From assembly GCA_002269645.1 (NCBI GenBank), contig NIVC01000438.1:535379-599378 (forward strand): 64,000 nucleotides of DNA, given 5' to 3'. This stretch comes from Macrostomum lignano (lineage: Eukaryota). The translations under genes and the position numbers were made by a program. Numbering within the stretch: position 1 is the stretch's first letter; every line of letters starts with the position of its first letter. Below the pieces are notes generated by a model. It had not been told where the DNA came from and did no database searches. It saw only the letters and a list, made by a program, of their open reading frames with translations. Positions 13,161 through 24,900 of this stretch are shown one piece after another.

Positions 13161-15534
13161 GAAAACGTTTTTAGGTCTTGTACAATTGTTGTTTTGTAAA
13201 TTATGCCCAAAATAAAAATTATAATTCTAATAGTGAATTATAAGTCTAATATTGAAAAAAGGCGTGTGCTACATTCGAAAGCAGTTAATTCCGTAGTCCC
13301 TCATATAAAAAATGGGCTCTAATGCGTTTTGTTGCGTCGATTTCTGCTGTTGTCGGTTAATTTCGATTTTTAGTTATTAATAGTTTTATTGAGTTTGTAA
13401 TTGTATATAGACTATATAGTCACGGCATGATAATGATTGAATTTCTATGTTTAACCATTGCATGCTTTTCTTTAGTCCGGTACGATGTCTTTGTTATATT
13501 GTCTGTACGATTTTACATAATTTACGACTTTAATTTGTTTGTAAAAGTAACACGATTCTGGAATAATATAACTCAATGGTAACCTTTATCTTATGCTATT
13601 ATACGTAAGGCATATCCTGATATGTGCTTAGGGAGTTTTTAATTAGTTTACAATGACTTCTTAGTTGTTTCTATTTGTAACAATACACCCCTTACGTCTT
13701 TATAAAAGCAAAATAAAAATAAAGCGCAAAAACAGACATTTAATCAACTGTGTTTGTGAAGTGTTTCAGCTGGTGTTTGTTTTCCGTGTTTTTTTGTGTT
13801 TGGTAAACATACGCAAATACATGGAGCTTTTTGTTCTATTGTTAATTTTTGTGAATTAGCCTCCGTTCATGAGTTATTGGTTTACAACATCATTAGTTGC
13901 AATGGCTTCGTCGGTAAGAGTAATTAATAAATGAATATCTCGTACATGCTTCATCAACTTTGGCAAGGCGGGCTTTTAAGTAAAACAGAAAACTTTATTT
14001 TATATATTGAATCCGCATATTTTAGATATTGACCAGCTTTCTTTAGATGCGCTTGCAGCAATACTTTGCAATGATAAAAACGAATTTTTTATCTCGGCAG
14101 TGTATTTCTCCTGCCAACCATGCAAACCAGCAAGTTTAAAAAAAACGTTTCTCGTCCAAAAAGTTTCGTAAGAATCTAAGACTTCCATCATATTCAAGTT
14201 GAGCAAAAGTATAGTTAGTAAAGTCAAGTAAAGTAAAAGGATGGGAAGCTATTTTAGTAAACTTAACTTGAGGTAACTCAACTTGAGTAGTCCGCGATTA
14301 AAGTCTAGAACATAATTTTTAGTATAATAGGATCCTTAGTCAATTCGAGATGCAACGCCGCCTATAACCGGCAAAGAAAAACGTTACTTTTAAAAAACAA
14401 ACAAATATAAATAGTTTTTCTATTTAATTTATTATTGAATTCTTTAACTTTTTTGTTTTAACTAATAAAAATCGTTCTATATTTTTCAAATAAATGCTTA
14501 CTCGCCAGTAGAACTAAATTCTTCGTTTTTTCTCAACATTATGTATATGCCCGTGTCCGTGATGTACTTAACTTGGCCTCACTAAAATTAAGCATAGTGA
14601 GCTGTAGCCTGGTGGCAGAGTGATATTTTTCCTGCTTTTCCACAGCTTCACATCAGTTCTATTTACCTGAATAGGTAATGTTTTCAAAACAGGGTCATAC
14701 TCATACTTGAATTGATATTGCATTGCATTGCCGATTGCAAATTTAAAACATTTTAGAGTTAGACCTATGCTACGACCATGGTCCATGGGCTTTTGGCCGT
14801 CTGATTAAAAAAATTTAGGGCCAGGCGTATCCGATAGGCCTAATACAACTATTAAGAATAGACATTAATTTGTTAGGCTTGGCCACCTAACCAGTTTCTA
14901 TTCTATTTAGCCTAGGTCCTACCTACATTGCTACATTGTCATTTATGATGACCAGATTGGCCAGGCCACCCCAGCATTTGCGCATGTAAACTGTAGGTGG
15001 CTCAAGCACTAACCAATTGCTAGAGATATAAGCTTGATTTCTAGGTATTTGGCTCAAGTCCTCAAGATAGTTAGGGTTAGTCATATGCCATGATTATGAA
15101 CAAGTGCAGCTTTACTTTGAATAGATATTATATATCATTTAGCAATCATTTCTTAGGTCTGAAATGAACTCCTTAAAACTGTTTTTATAGGCTTACAATG
15201 CTAGGCCTACATACAAGGCTCATATTTATCACTGCCAAGTGCCAACTACTTTAAATCAACAAGTTGTTGCTATCATTCAGAGACTAACAAATTAGATTTT
15301 TTCATCAAAATTCATCAAGACCAAGACTGCCACACTTGGGGGAACTAGATAGAGGAGAAATTTAGCATAATGTGCTATTAGATGGTGCTAGAAAAAAGAT
15401 GAGTAGGTCACTGTAGGTGGGCCTAGGAGAACCAGTAAGACAAGGTTGCAAAAAAGGAACCTATGAGAGAAGAATAGCAATGCTAGAAGATAGGTAACTC
15501 TCTCTTAATTCCAATACCAATAGCCAATAAAAGC

Positions 15535-16508
15535 GGCATTCCTTCAGTTTACAATCATTTTTCTACCCACATTTTGGTTCACGATCCCCATGTAATTTTT
15601 CATATAAATGATCATAGCTTGCTTGAAATAAACAAAAATTGTTAAACTGAGCTTATTCGTTACATTAAAAAAACTGAACGGAATAGCCGATAAATTGTTT
15701 CTTTCATGGCATGGCGATGACAAGGATCCTATATATCCACTTCGGTTTACGATCATTTAAACGGAAGCAATACATGTAAATGATTGTGAACCGAAGCTAG
15801 CATATGTGTGTAAGGGGGTTTTGGTGTTTTACAAGCTCTATTTGAAATTGATCACTATCTCAATACATGGCTAGCTTCGGTTCACGATCATTTACATGTA
15901 TTTTTTCCATTTAAATGATCGTGAACCGAAGCTAAGGGGGGTGTCAAAGACATATGTAGTCATATATTTATTTGTTGGCTTGTTGGCGATTGAAATGTCA
16001 TCTTGAGTTAATGTGCGCTCCCAATTAACTTGATGCTTTATTATTCTCTGCACGCTGCCACCCCCCTCAGCTTCAGTTTACGATCATTTAGATGTAAGCA
16101 ATACATGTAAATGATCGTGAACCAAAGCTAGCCATGTATTGAGATAGTGATCAATTTCAAATAGAGCTTGTAAAACACCAAAACCCCCTTACACACATAC
16201 GCTAGCTTCGGTTCACGATCATTTATATGTATCTTTTCCATTTAAATGATCATAAACTGAAGTGGATATATAGGATCATCTTTGGATTCTTGGAACTGTG
16301 AAATGGATCACTATAACCCCTTTACCTTCTTTTTTCATTTGAACATGCAGCTAGTGTTATGATGGATAAATAAAAAGGATTGGAGTGCTTGTCTACTGAT
16401 TTTTTTGCATTTTGATGAAATAGACAACAATTTTGTATCTTCCCTATCTGGCTATCTCTCCAATGGGGATCGTCACTAATTTCAATGATCGTAAACCGAA
16501 GGAATGCC
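15535..16508. mobile_element. Foldback-type non-autonomous DNA transposon, copy 1 (GG-terminal TIR, 8-bp TSD; Merlin- or MULE-like)
   Basis: Termini GGCATTCCTTCAGTTTACAATCATT / AATGATCGTAAACCGAAGGAATGCC. Flanks ATAAAAGC (15527-34) and ATAATAGC (16509-16) match at 7/8. An internal ~220-bp inverted block lies at ~15730-15955 vs ~16060-16280. Confidence 0.8.
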
Positions 16509-16748
16509 ATAATAGCTATATGGTAGTCTTAGTATATGCCAAATGGCAGTCTTAATCATGTGCTAATCCAACACTATTCAAAATTAGGGTGCTAGGTTAG
16601 AAGTCAGGGTGCCAATTGGTACTTATCAAAATTTTTAGTTTTGCAATTTGATATTCTATTTTTAATCTAATTTTTATCATCTACACCTAGGCCTACTTAT
16701 TTTCCCTATTAAATGATATCTAAATAGCTACATATATTATTACTACAT

Positions 16749-18453
16749 GGTATTCCTTCTATTTACAATCATTGAAATTAGTAAAGATCCCTATTAAAGA
16801 GATAAGGAAAAGACAAAACTATTTTTTTTATCAAAATACAAACCAACAATCAACAAGCACTCCAATCCTTTTTATTTATCCATCATAACACTATCACTTT
16901 ACATTACTAATAAAAAACCAAAGCTAAAAAGGTTTTAGAAATCAATTTCATAGTTCCAAAAATCCAAAAACAAATCCATAGAAAGACAGTCCTATATAGG
17001 CCTAGTGTCCATTTCAGTTTACAATCATTTAAACAGAAGCAATATGTGTAAATAATCATAAACCAAAGCTAGCATATATATAATGGGGTTTTTGGTGTTT
17101 TACAAGCATTAGGCCTATCAGAAATCAATTACTATCTTGATGCTATGCTAGCTTTAGTTCAAAATCATTTATATGTATTGGTTCCTATGTATTGGTTCAT
17201 AATCATTTACATGTATTTTAATGATCATAAACCAAAGCTAAGGGGGGAGAGTATACAGGGAATAAAGTATCAATATGACTACATGTCTTCAATATCCCCC
17301 TTCCTATTAGAATAAATGTTGAAAACTCGCAGATATGTGCTTTAGAAAAGAAGTCAAATTATTTTATTGCATTTTAGGATTATTAGAAATCATTTTCTAT
17401 TAGAATCAACATTAGCTAACTTTCTAAAATTGAAATTGAAATTTTTTTAAATCAAATTCAGAAAAACAAAGTTTAGTATGACCAAAACTCACTTTTTAAT
17501 TCTTGATTTACTGCTTATGCCAAACAAAATATATGTAAATGTAACACAATTTAGTTTATTTTAGCCACTCTTACACACTTCCAAAATTTTGACTTCCTAA
17601 TATTTTCAAAATTGAAATTCACTCTTGATAATTCCAAATTTTTGAAAATAAAAACTGAAATTTTGGAACAACTCTAAGCATTATACAAGAAATTACAAGT
17701 GTATAGCCCTCCTTAGCTTCAGTATACAATCATTTAAATAGAAGCAATACATATAAATGATCGTGAACCAAAGCTAGCATATATGTATCAAGATAGTGTC
17801 AGTGATTGATTTCAGATTATGCTTGTAAAATACCAAAAACCCCTGTTATATGACACACTAGCCTTGGCTCACAATCATTTTCATATATTGCTTCCATTTA
17901 AATGATTGTAAACTGAAGTAGATATAAGATCCTTGTCATCGCCATGTCATAGGAGAAACCATTTGTTGGCTATTCTGTTCAGTTTTTCTAATAAAACAAA
18001 TAAGCTCAATTTAACAATTTTTGTTTTGTTTAAGCAAGCTATGATCACTTAAATAAAAAAATACATGGCCATGGGGATTGTAAACTGAAATTTTTACATC
18101 CACCTAAACTTTTCAGGTGGAAAAATGATCATAAACCAAAGGAATGCTCATACATGCGCGACCCCCAAATTTCGGTCAGCCGTGCGACTTAGTTTTAACA
18201 AAAATGCGACATACTTTTTGGCCAAAAATGCAACTTACATGTAAAAAACCCTAGAACAAAATTAACACAACTGTGGGTAAACGGCAGGAGTAACTATGAC
18301 TGTCTTATTAAGCCAAAATGCCTCATCAGCTACTTAGTACTACTACTTGGGTATTTTTTTGGGTGGGCATTTTTGTGACTTCCTTGGTTGGCCGCCAAAT
18401 TGGTCAGCCAGATTGGCCGACTCGGCCAAGTGTTGCGCATGTATAGGAATGCT
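16749..18453. mobile_element. Older copy 2 of the same foldback family, inverted relative to copy 1
   Basis: Starts GGTATTCCTTCTATTTACAATCATTG and ends ...GGAATGCT. Block order is the reverse complement of copy 1. Flanks TACTACAT (16741-48) and TACTACAC (18454-61) match at 7/8 once the inserted MITE is removed. Confidence 0.75.
18149..18445. mobile_element. ~297-bp hAT-like MITE inserted into the terminal 8 bp of foldback copy 2
   Basis: TIRs CATACATGCGCGAC / GTTGCGCATGTATA. Perfect 8-bp TSD GGAATGCT at 18141-48 and 18446-53. Confidence 0.78.
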
Positions 18454-18865
18454 TACTACACTTCAATAATTTTATCTTTACTTTATTATTAAAAAAGTCA
18501 TAGTATTATGATCATAGTATTATTTTGTCACTGTGGGTCTAAATTCAGGATGCCAAATAAACTTTTCAAAGCCATGATACATATTAGGCCCTACCTTTTT
18601 ATTTTAATATAAAAATAAAAAACCCAACTAACAAACATGCTTAGGCTGCATATGCTATATGCATATTTGAGTCTAGAAAATCATTTTACCTAATTAGCAA
18701 CTAAAGTAATTTTTTAAGTTAGCATATGCAAGCATATTTTCTGCATGAAAATGTTTAATGATAGGCACCTATTTGCAAGAAGTACATTTAGGTTGAATTA
18801 GCTCATGTTGCATGGTTTACTCTGTAATAAAAATTGGAATAATGAATGTTTATAATATTTATATA

Positions 18866-19640
18866 ATATAGCATTTTGCAGCCCATTTGGGCTTATGCGC
18901 ATTTAGTTTAATCCAAGATACGTTTGCCAATGTAACAGAGCTTTTGTCTATGGTAGCAAGACTGGCGCAGCGGCATTTAATTTGGTCCAAAAAGCATCCA
19001 TTTGGTCCAAAAAGCATCCATTTGGTCCAAACACCCATGAGCCATTGGACAAACTCTTGCCTTCTCTCAACTGTCTGCAGGTTGTTGCGCACTGCTGGAA
19101 TGTTAGCGTCTCTACCAGCAATTTTCAGTTGCTTTTCCAGAGCTCTGCTGATAGTTAAAATCTGATAACCAACTGGAACTGTTCCTTCAACTGCTGCTGC
19201 ATTTTCTGCTCCGTCAACAAAGGGTTCGTCTCTACTGCATTGAGTAGCAGTTGGACCTGAGGCTCTCGAGCAACTTTCCTTGGCAATTGCCACCCTTTTG
19301 CAGGCAATCTCTGCCAGCAGGGTTTCAAGGCGCTGCTGGATGCTGTAAACCACCTTTTCTTTTACATTCAGCAACCTTGCAATGTCCTTTGGGTGTTCAC
19401 CTCCATCGAGTGCTTCGATCACAAGCAAATGACATTCGTTCAACAGCCTAGCATATGGTCCACAATTCTGGGACTGAGCTGCAAATGAACTAAATGGACC
19501 AAATTGATGCTTGTTGGACCAAATTAAATGCCACTGTGCCACAGCCTTGCTACCATAGACAAAAGCTCTATTACTTTGACAAACATATATTGGATTAAAT
19601 TCAATGCACGTAAGCCCAAATGGGCTGCAAAAAGCTATAT
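18866..19640 (-). mobile_element. Internally deleted Tc1/IS630-superfamily element retaining the N-terminal HTH
   Basis: ~130-bp TIRs (ATATAGCATTTTGCAGCCCATTTGGGC... / ...GCCCAAATGGGCTGCAAAAAGCTATAT) in a TA-rich context. The minus-strand ORF has the HTH-like VIEALDGGEHPKDIARLLNVKEKVVYSIQQR and the linker RNNLQTVERRQEFVQW. No DDE domain. Confidence 0.72.
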
Positions 19641-20671
19641 AAATGTTGCCAAAATATTTGAAATTTACATATAAGATAAATTATAGTTTAGGAATTTTGA
19701 ATTGTCACAACTATTAGGTGCCACCATCAGTCTAAATAAATATACAATTGCAAGTTGCAACACTTATAATTATTTTATACAAAATGTGCTACTAATTTTT
19801 TATACAAAAATTTCTATACTTTCTAAACTATGCCATCTTTTTTAGAAAAATGCAAAAGATTTATTTTCTACATTATATGAATTTCATCATGCCATGACCA
19901 TCATGTCCTTTCTTTAGTGAAAAGTTATTTAGACATAATATATGCCAATGAACCTTCTGATCTGAAAGGTTGCAGTGCCATTGTATTTATAAAAAATAAC
20001 CCATAACCTATTTTTTATCAGTCATTAAAAATTATTCTATTTAATTTAACTTAGAATATATCAATTAATGAGCCTCAACTGTCATTACAAAGAAATGCCC
20101 TAAACTAATATTAGGGCCATTCCTCAAGAGAGAGTCCTATCATGTTTTTAAACTTTAAGCACTTGTAACTTCAGCATTAGTTTATGCTCTGCTATATGTT
20201 GTTTTAGTTGTTTGTGAATTATTTATTCAGTTGTTTTAGAATTCATAAGCAGCTATGTGAAAAAAATAGAACTAGAAGTTTGACACAAATTGCTTTTTGC
20301 AGCTTTGTTCTATCTAATATGGTTCAAAGTTACAAGCACTTAAAGCTAAAAAACATGAAACATAAAGCCAAAAATGAAAAATAAATAATCTTTTGAAACT
20401 ATTAAAAAATGAAAGATTGCAAATTGTAATAAGTTAAGGCAGATAAATAAAAGATAATCTATTTAGATAATAATACATAGTCTTTTGATGCATATTGTTA
20501 AAACATGATTAGGCTAAGAAATTGGAACATTTTTGGAATAATATTTAAGGAAAATATGTTTTACAAATTATATCTACAAAAGAGAATTTTTTACAATCAA
20601 AGGCTTAAAAGTCATTTCAGTACAAATTTTAGCCAAATACACATATTTGGATAGAGAGGCATGGTAGTGAT

Positions 20672-21659
20672 TATGGGTGTTCAGGGTTAGGTCGGGATTA
20701 GGGGTCGGGGTTTGGGGTCCCGATGAATGTTTGGGATGGGGTTCGGGACGGGATTTTGGACTGGGATTTCGGGGTTTCACAAATTTTCTGAATTCCCATA
20801 GAAATTCCCATCGACCAGCGACACCGAAACAAGGGAGCTCCGAGACCTCTTTCTGCGCCAAGAGGAGGAGATTGCAAGCGCACTTCTCAATGATCTGAGC
20901 CAAGTCTCGCTCGCCACAGAAATGCTTTCAGGTCAAAATTATCCTACCGCTAACATTGCCTATGTCGTCCTCTATGGTCTGCGGCAATTTCTTTCTGCTG
21001 ATGTTGACGGCGTCGATCGATCCATTCGGAGGCGTCTTATGGAGCAGCTGAACAAGTACACGTTTGAGTGCAAAGACTTCAACATCTTGTTCTACAAGAC
21101 CGCTGCTTTTCTAGACAATACCATCGTCGCATCGCCTCATCAAAACCTGGGGGACATGGTGGACATCCAAAACCATCTCAAGAGTGAGGTCATCTGGAGC
21201 CTTGAGCAGGAGCTTTCTGGGCAAGATGCCGCTGCTGCTGCCAGCAGCGCAAATACAATGGCCACTACCGAGGAGATGCACGATAATGTCATTTCGGGCA
21301 CTGAAGAGAGCTCTGGATGCAAGTTTTTGCAGTTCTGCAGATTATCTGGAATTACCACTCAGGAGTGCAATTCGACTGCGAGTGCATCGAACTCCGGCGC
21401 CAAGTTGAACTGTTTTTAAGTTGTTTTAAGTTTAAGTTGAATTTTAAGTTGAACTGAAACAGGCTAGCCGTCAATATCACTTTTTATTTCATGCTATTCC
21501 TTACTTCGGGGTTATCGGGGTTCGGGGTCGGGATTAGGGTTCGGGACGGGGTTTGGGGTTCCCGATAAATGTTCGGGGCGGGGTTCGGGATTCCCGAAAG
21601 ATGTTCGGGATCGGAGTTAACCCCGAACCCCGAAAAAAATGCCATCCCGAACACCCCTA
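20672..21659 (+). mobile_element. Internally deleted hAT transposon with transposase fragment
   Basis: TIRs TATGGGTGTTCAGGG / CCCGAACACCCCTA. Perfect 8-bp TSD GTAGTGAT at 20664-71 and 21660-67. Subterminal TTCGGG repeats. The ORF ...SLATEMLSGQNYPTANIAYVVLYGL...YKTAAFLD matches hAT motifs (AT..LSG..YPT; AA.LDP). Confidence 0.92.
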
Positions 21660-21963
21660 GTAGTGATCAGTGTTTCTAGTCTAATAGTTCAAGCTAATTA
21701 AAATATGCAGAGTTGATGGCTATCTTCTCCATGGCAAACTGATGGTTTATTTAATATACTTCTAATTGTTTTACTTATCTATAAAACCTTGCATTTTATT
21801 TGGTTCAGTCTCTTTTTTGTGCTACATGAACATTCAAGTTTTTTTCGAGATTACTTTATTGGTTTTTTATTCTCAATTTCAGTTACAAGTTTTGAAGAAC
21901 ACTCCAATCCAGATTTACTAGTTAGGCGTCCTTGCAATCCAAGCGAGGAAACCTGCAGTTCCA

Positions 21964-24900
21964 ATGAACTCGATAGTCTCCCAGCAGCCAGTTATGTCTA
22001 CTGGCACTACTAATGTTGGCGATTTCGCCGAACTATTCAACGAACTCATTGCCAACGATGGCACCAGCGAGCCGAGCTCGTCAACAGATGAAATGCTAGA
22101 CTCATTCGATCTGGGCATCACAGCTGCCGAGCTGTTTCCTGCCGACATCTTCCCGGCTTTGCTTGACAATAATAATGCGGATTGTGGCGGCCCAGATGCA
22201 GCGATGGCGGAACTAGAGGATCCGGATTTGGGATTAGTGGACTCCTTGTCCACGCCTGAGCAGTCGGACAGCGATAGCGGGCTGGGCAGTGGCGGTTTAG
22301 CTGCTGTCAATAATAATCCTACTGCAGGTCCTACCGATGCGGCTGACCCAGATCACAGCTGCAGCCGCACGCGCCCGTTTGATTGGCGCAGATCTAGAGA
22401 GCGCGCTCCCGACGACTGTACCCGCCTTCGGGTTGAGGATTTCGTTGTCGAAGGCAGACTGGCCGGTTTCTTGACTCAGACATCGGCTCTGCAGCAGCAT
22501 CAGCAGCCGCCTCAATTTCAGCTTCAGCATCAGCAGCATCAACAACAGCAGCAGCTGACTTCTACCACGCAGCTATTTAAATCGGAACCAACTGACGAAT
22601 TCTTATCGCAGCATCATGGTAGCTTTCGACTTATTCAACCGCGTCAATTGAACCATCAACAACCAGAATTGGCGTCTACTAATTCTATCGTCTCTTCTGC
22701 AGTGTCTCCCAGTTCTCCATCTGTGCAGTCATCTGTACCTTCGCCACATTCTTTTATTGCTACTACTAGTGCTACGGGTATTGATTACGTTGTTGGAGTC
22801 CAGAGTCAAGCGTCTACCACTGTTGCGGCTAGTTCTGGAGCTGCGCTGGTCGAGGGCGATCAGGCCAAAGTCAAACGAATCGAACGGATGATTAAAAATC
22901 GGCACAGCGCATCGGAGAGCCGACGGAAACGCAAGGAATATCTGGACGGATTGGAGAGGCGGGTTCAGGTTTGTTGGCTTGGAGCTTTTGTGTTCGCGTG
23001 ACTTAAGATTAGGTCAGGGCTGCTTTCGGTTCAAAATCTAAATTGGGTGAGCCTGCGGTTCTTAATCAGGCGACCCTCAGGATCTGACCTAAGTCAGGTG
23101 GCCTCAGGATCTGAGTCAGATGACCCTCTGGATCTGAGTCAAGTGACCCTCAGGATCTGAGTCAGATGAGCCTCAGAATCTGATTAAGGTGACCCTCAGG
23201 ATCTGAGTCAAGTGACCCTCAGGATCTGAGTCAGATTAGCCTCAGGATCTGAGTCAGATGAGCCTCAGAATCTGAGTCAGATGAGCCTCAGAATCTGAGT
23301 CAGATGAGCCTCAGGATCTGAGTCAGATGAGCCTCAGGATCTGAGTCAGATGAGCCTCAGGATCTGAGTCAGATTAGCCTCAGGATCTGAGTCAGATAAG
23401 CCTCAGGATCTGAGTCAGGTGAGCCTCAGGGTCTGAGTCAGATGAGCCTCAGGATCTGAGTTAGATAAGCCTCAGGATCTGTGTCAGATGAGCCTCAGGA
23501 TCTGAGTCAGATGACCCTCAGGATCTAAGTCAGGTGACCCTCAGGATCTGAGTCAGATGAGCCTAAGGATCTGAGTCAGGTGAGCCTCAGGATCTAAGTC
23601 AGGTGACCCTCAGGATCTGAGTCAGATGAGCCTAAGGATCTAAGTCAGGTGAGCCTCAGGATCTGAGTCAGATGACCCTCAGGATCTGAGTCAGATGAGC
23701 CTAAGGATCTGAGTCAGGTGAGCCTCAGGATCTGAGTCAGATGACCCTCAGGATCTGAGTCAGATGAGCCTAAGGATCTAAGTCAGGTGAGCCTCAGGAT
23801 CTGAGTCAGATGACCCTCAGGATCTGAGTCAGATGAGCCTAAGGATCTGAGTCAGGTGAGCCTCAGGGTCTGAGTCAGGTGACTATCAGAATCTGAGTCA
23901 AGTGAGCCTCAGGGTCTGACCTGAGTTAGGTGAGCTTCAGGATCTGAGTCAAATGATAACATACATGATTTGAGTCACATGATGATTCTCAAGGTGAATC
24001 AGGTGACCCAGGATCAGAGTCATGTTGTCAGATCGATGCCCTTTATTTATTCAAATAGTTGCCAGGTGAGCTGAAAAGCCTCACATCAGCAGCCAATCAA
24101 TCAAATCGAACCCCCTCCCCCCATTTGCAGTCGCTAGCCTCCGAGAATGCTTTCCTACGCGACGAGAACTCGCAGCTGCGACAGCGCTACTCCGAGCTGG
24201 AGAGAAAGCTGATCAGCTTGGAGCAGGCCCTGGGCTCGAGCGCTTCCAGCGGCATCGGCGCCTCATCAGCTTTGACAGGTTCGGGCAGGCGGCGACCTGT
24301 CACTGCAATGGCTCTGCTATTGTTCCTGGGTCTCAATCTGGTTGGCCTCGGCGTGTGGCCTCTGATGCCTGGACAGCAGCAGCACCAGCCTCAGCAGCCG
24401 GGATTTCACTCGTCTCCATCATCATCCTCACTGTTCTACTATTCCAACGGACCGGGTAGCGAGGAATCGCGAGCTCTTGTGCCTTATCGAAGGGCTTCAT
24501 CAGCTGGCCGGCACCTGCTGTCGGCTTCGTCTGCATCCTCGTCGGAGCCTGCGCCAGAGGAGCTGTCCGCTCTGTTTGGTCGGCTGTGTCCGGCGCATAA
24601 CAGTACAGAGTCGGCCAGGCTGGCTAAGGAATTGGACGGCTGGGCCTTCAGATATCAGCGGGAGGCTGGGGCCAGGTGCGTTTTGTGCTTGCTTGTTGAG
24701 GTGTGGGTCGATTGTGGACTCTGTACTTCTGTTTGTGGTTTGTATTTATGGTTTATGGCTAGGGTTTATGGTTTGTGTATTGATTTGTGGCTAAGGTTTT
24801 ATGGTTTGTGTTTATTGATTTGTGGCTAGTGTTTATGGTTTGTGTTTATTGATTTGTGGCTAGTGTTTATGGTTTGTGTTTATTGATTTGTGGCTAGTGT

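Noticed and set aside
20672-21659. Telomere-like TTAGGG/TTCGGG motifs
   Set aside because: They are subterminal transposase-binding repeats of the hAT element, not an interstitial telomere.
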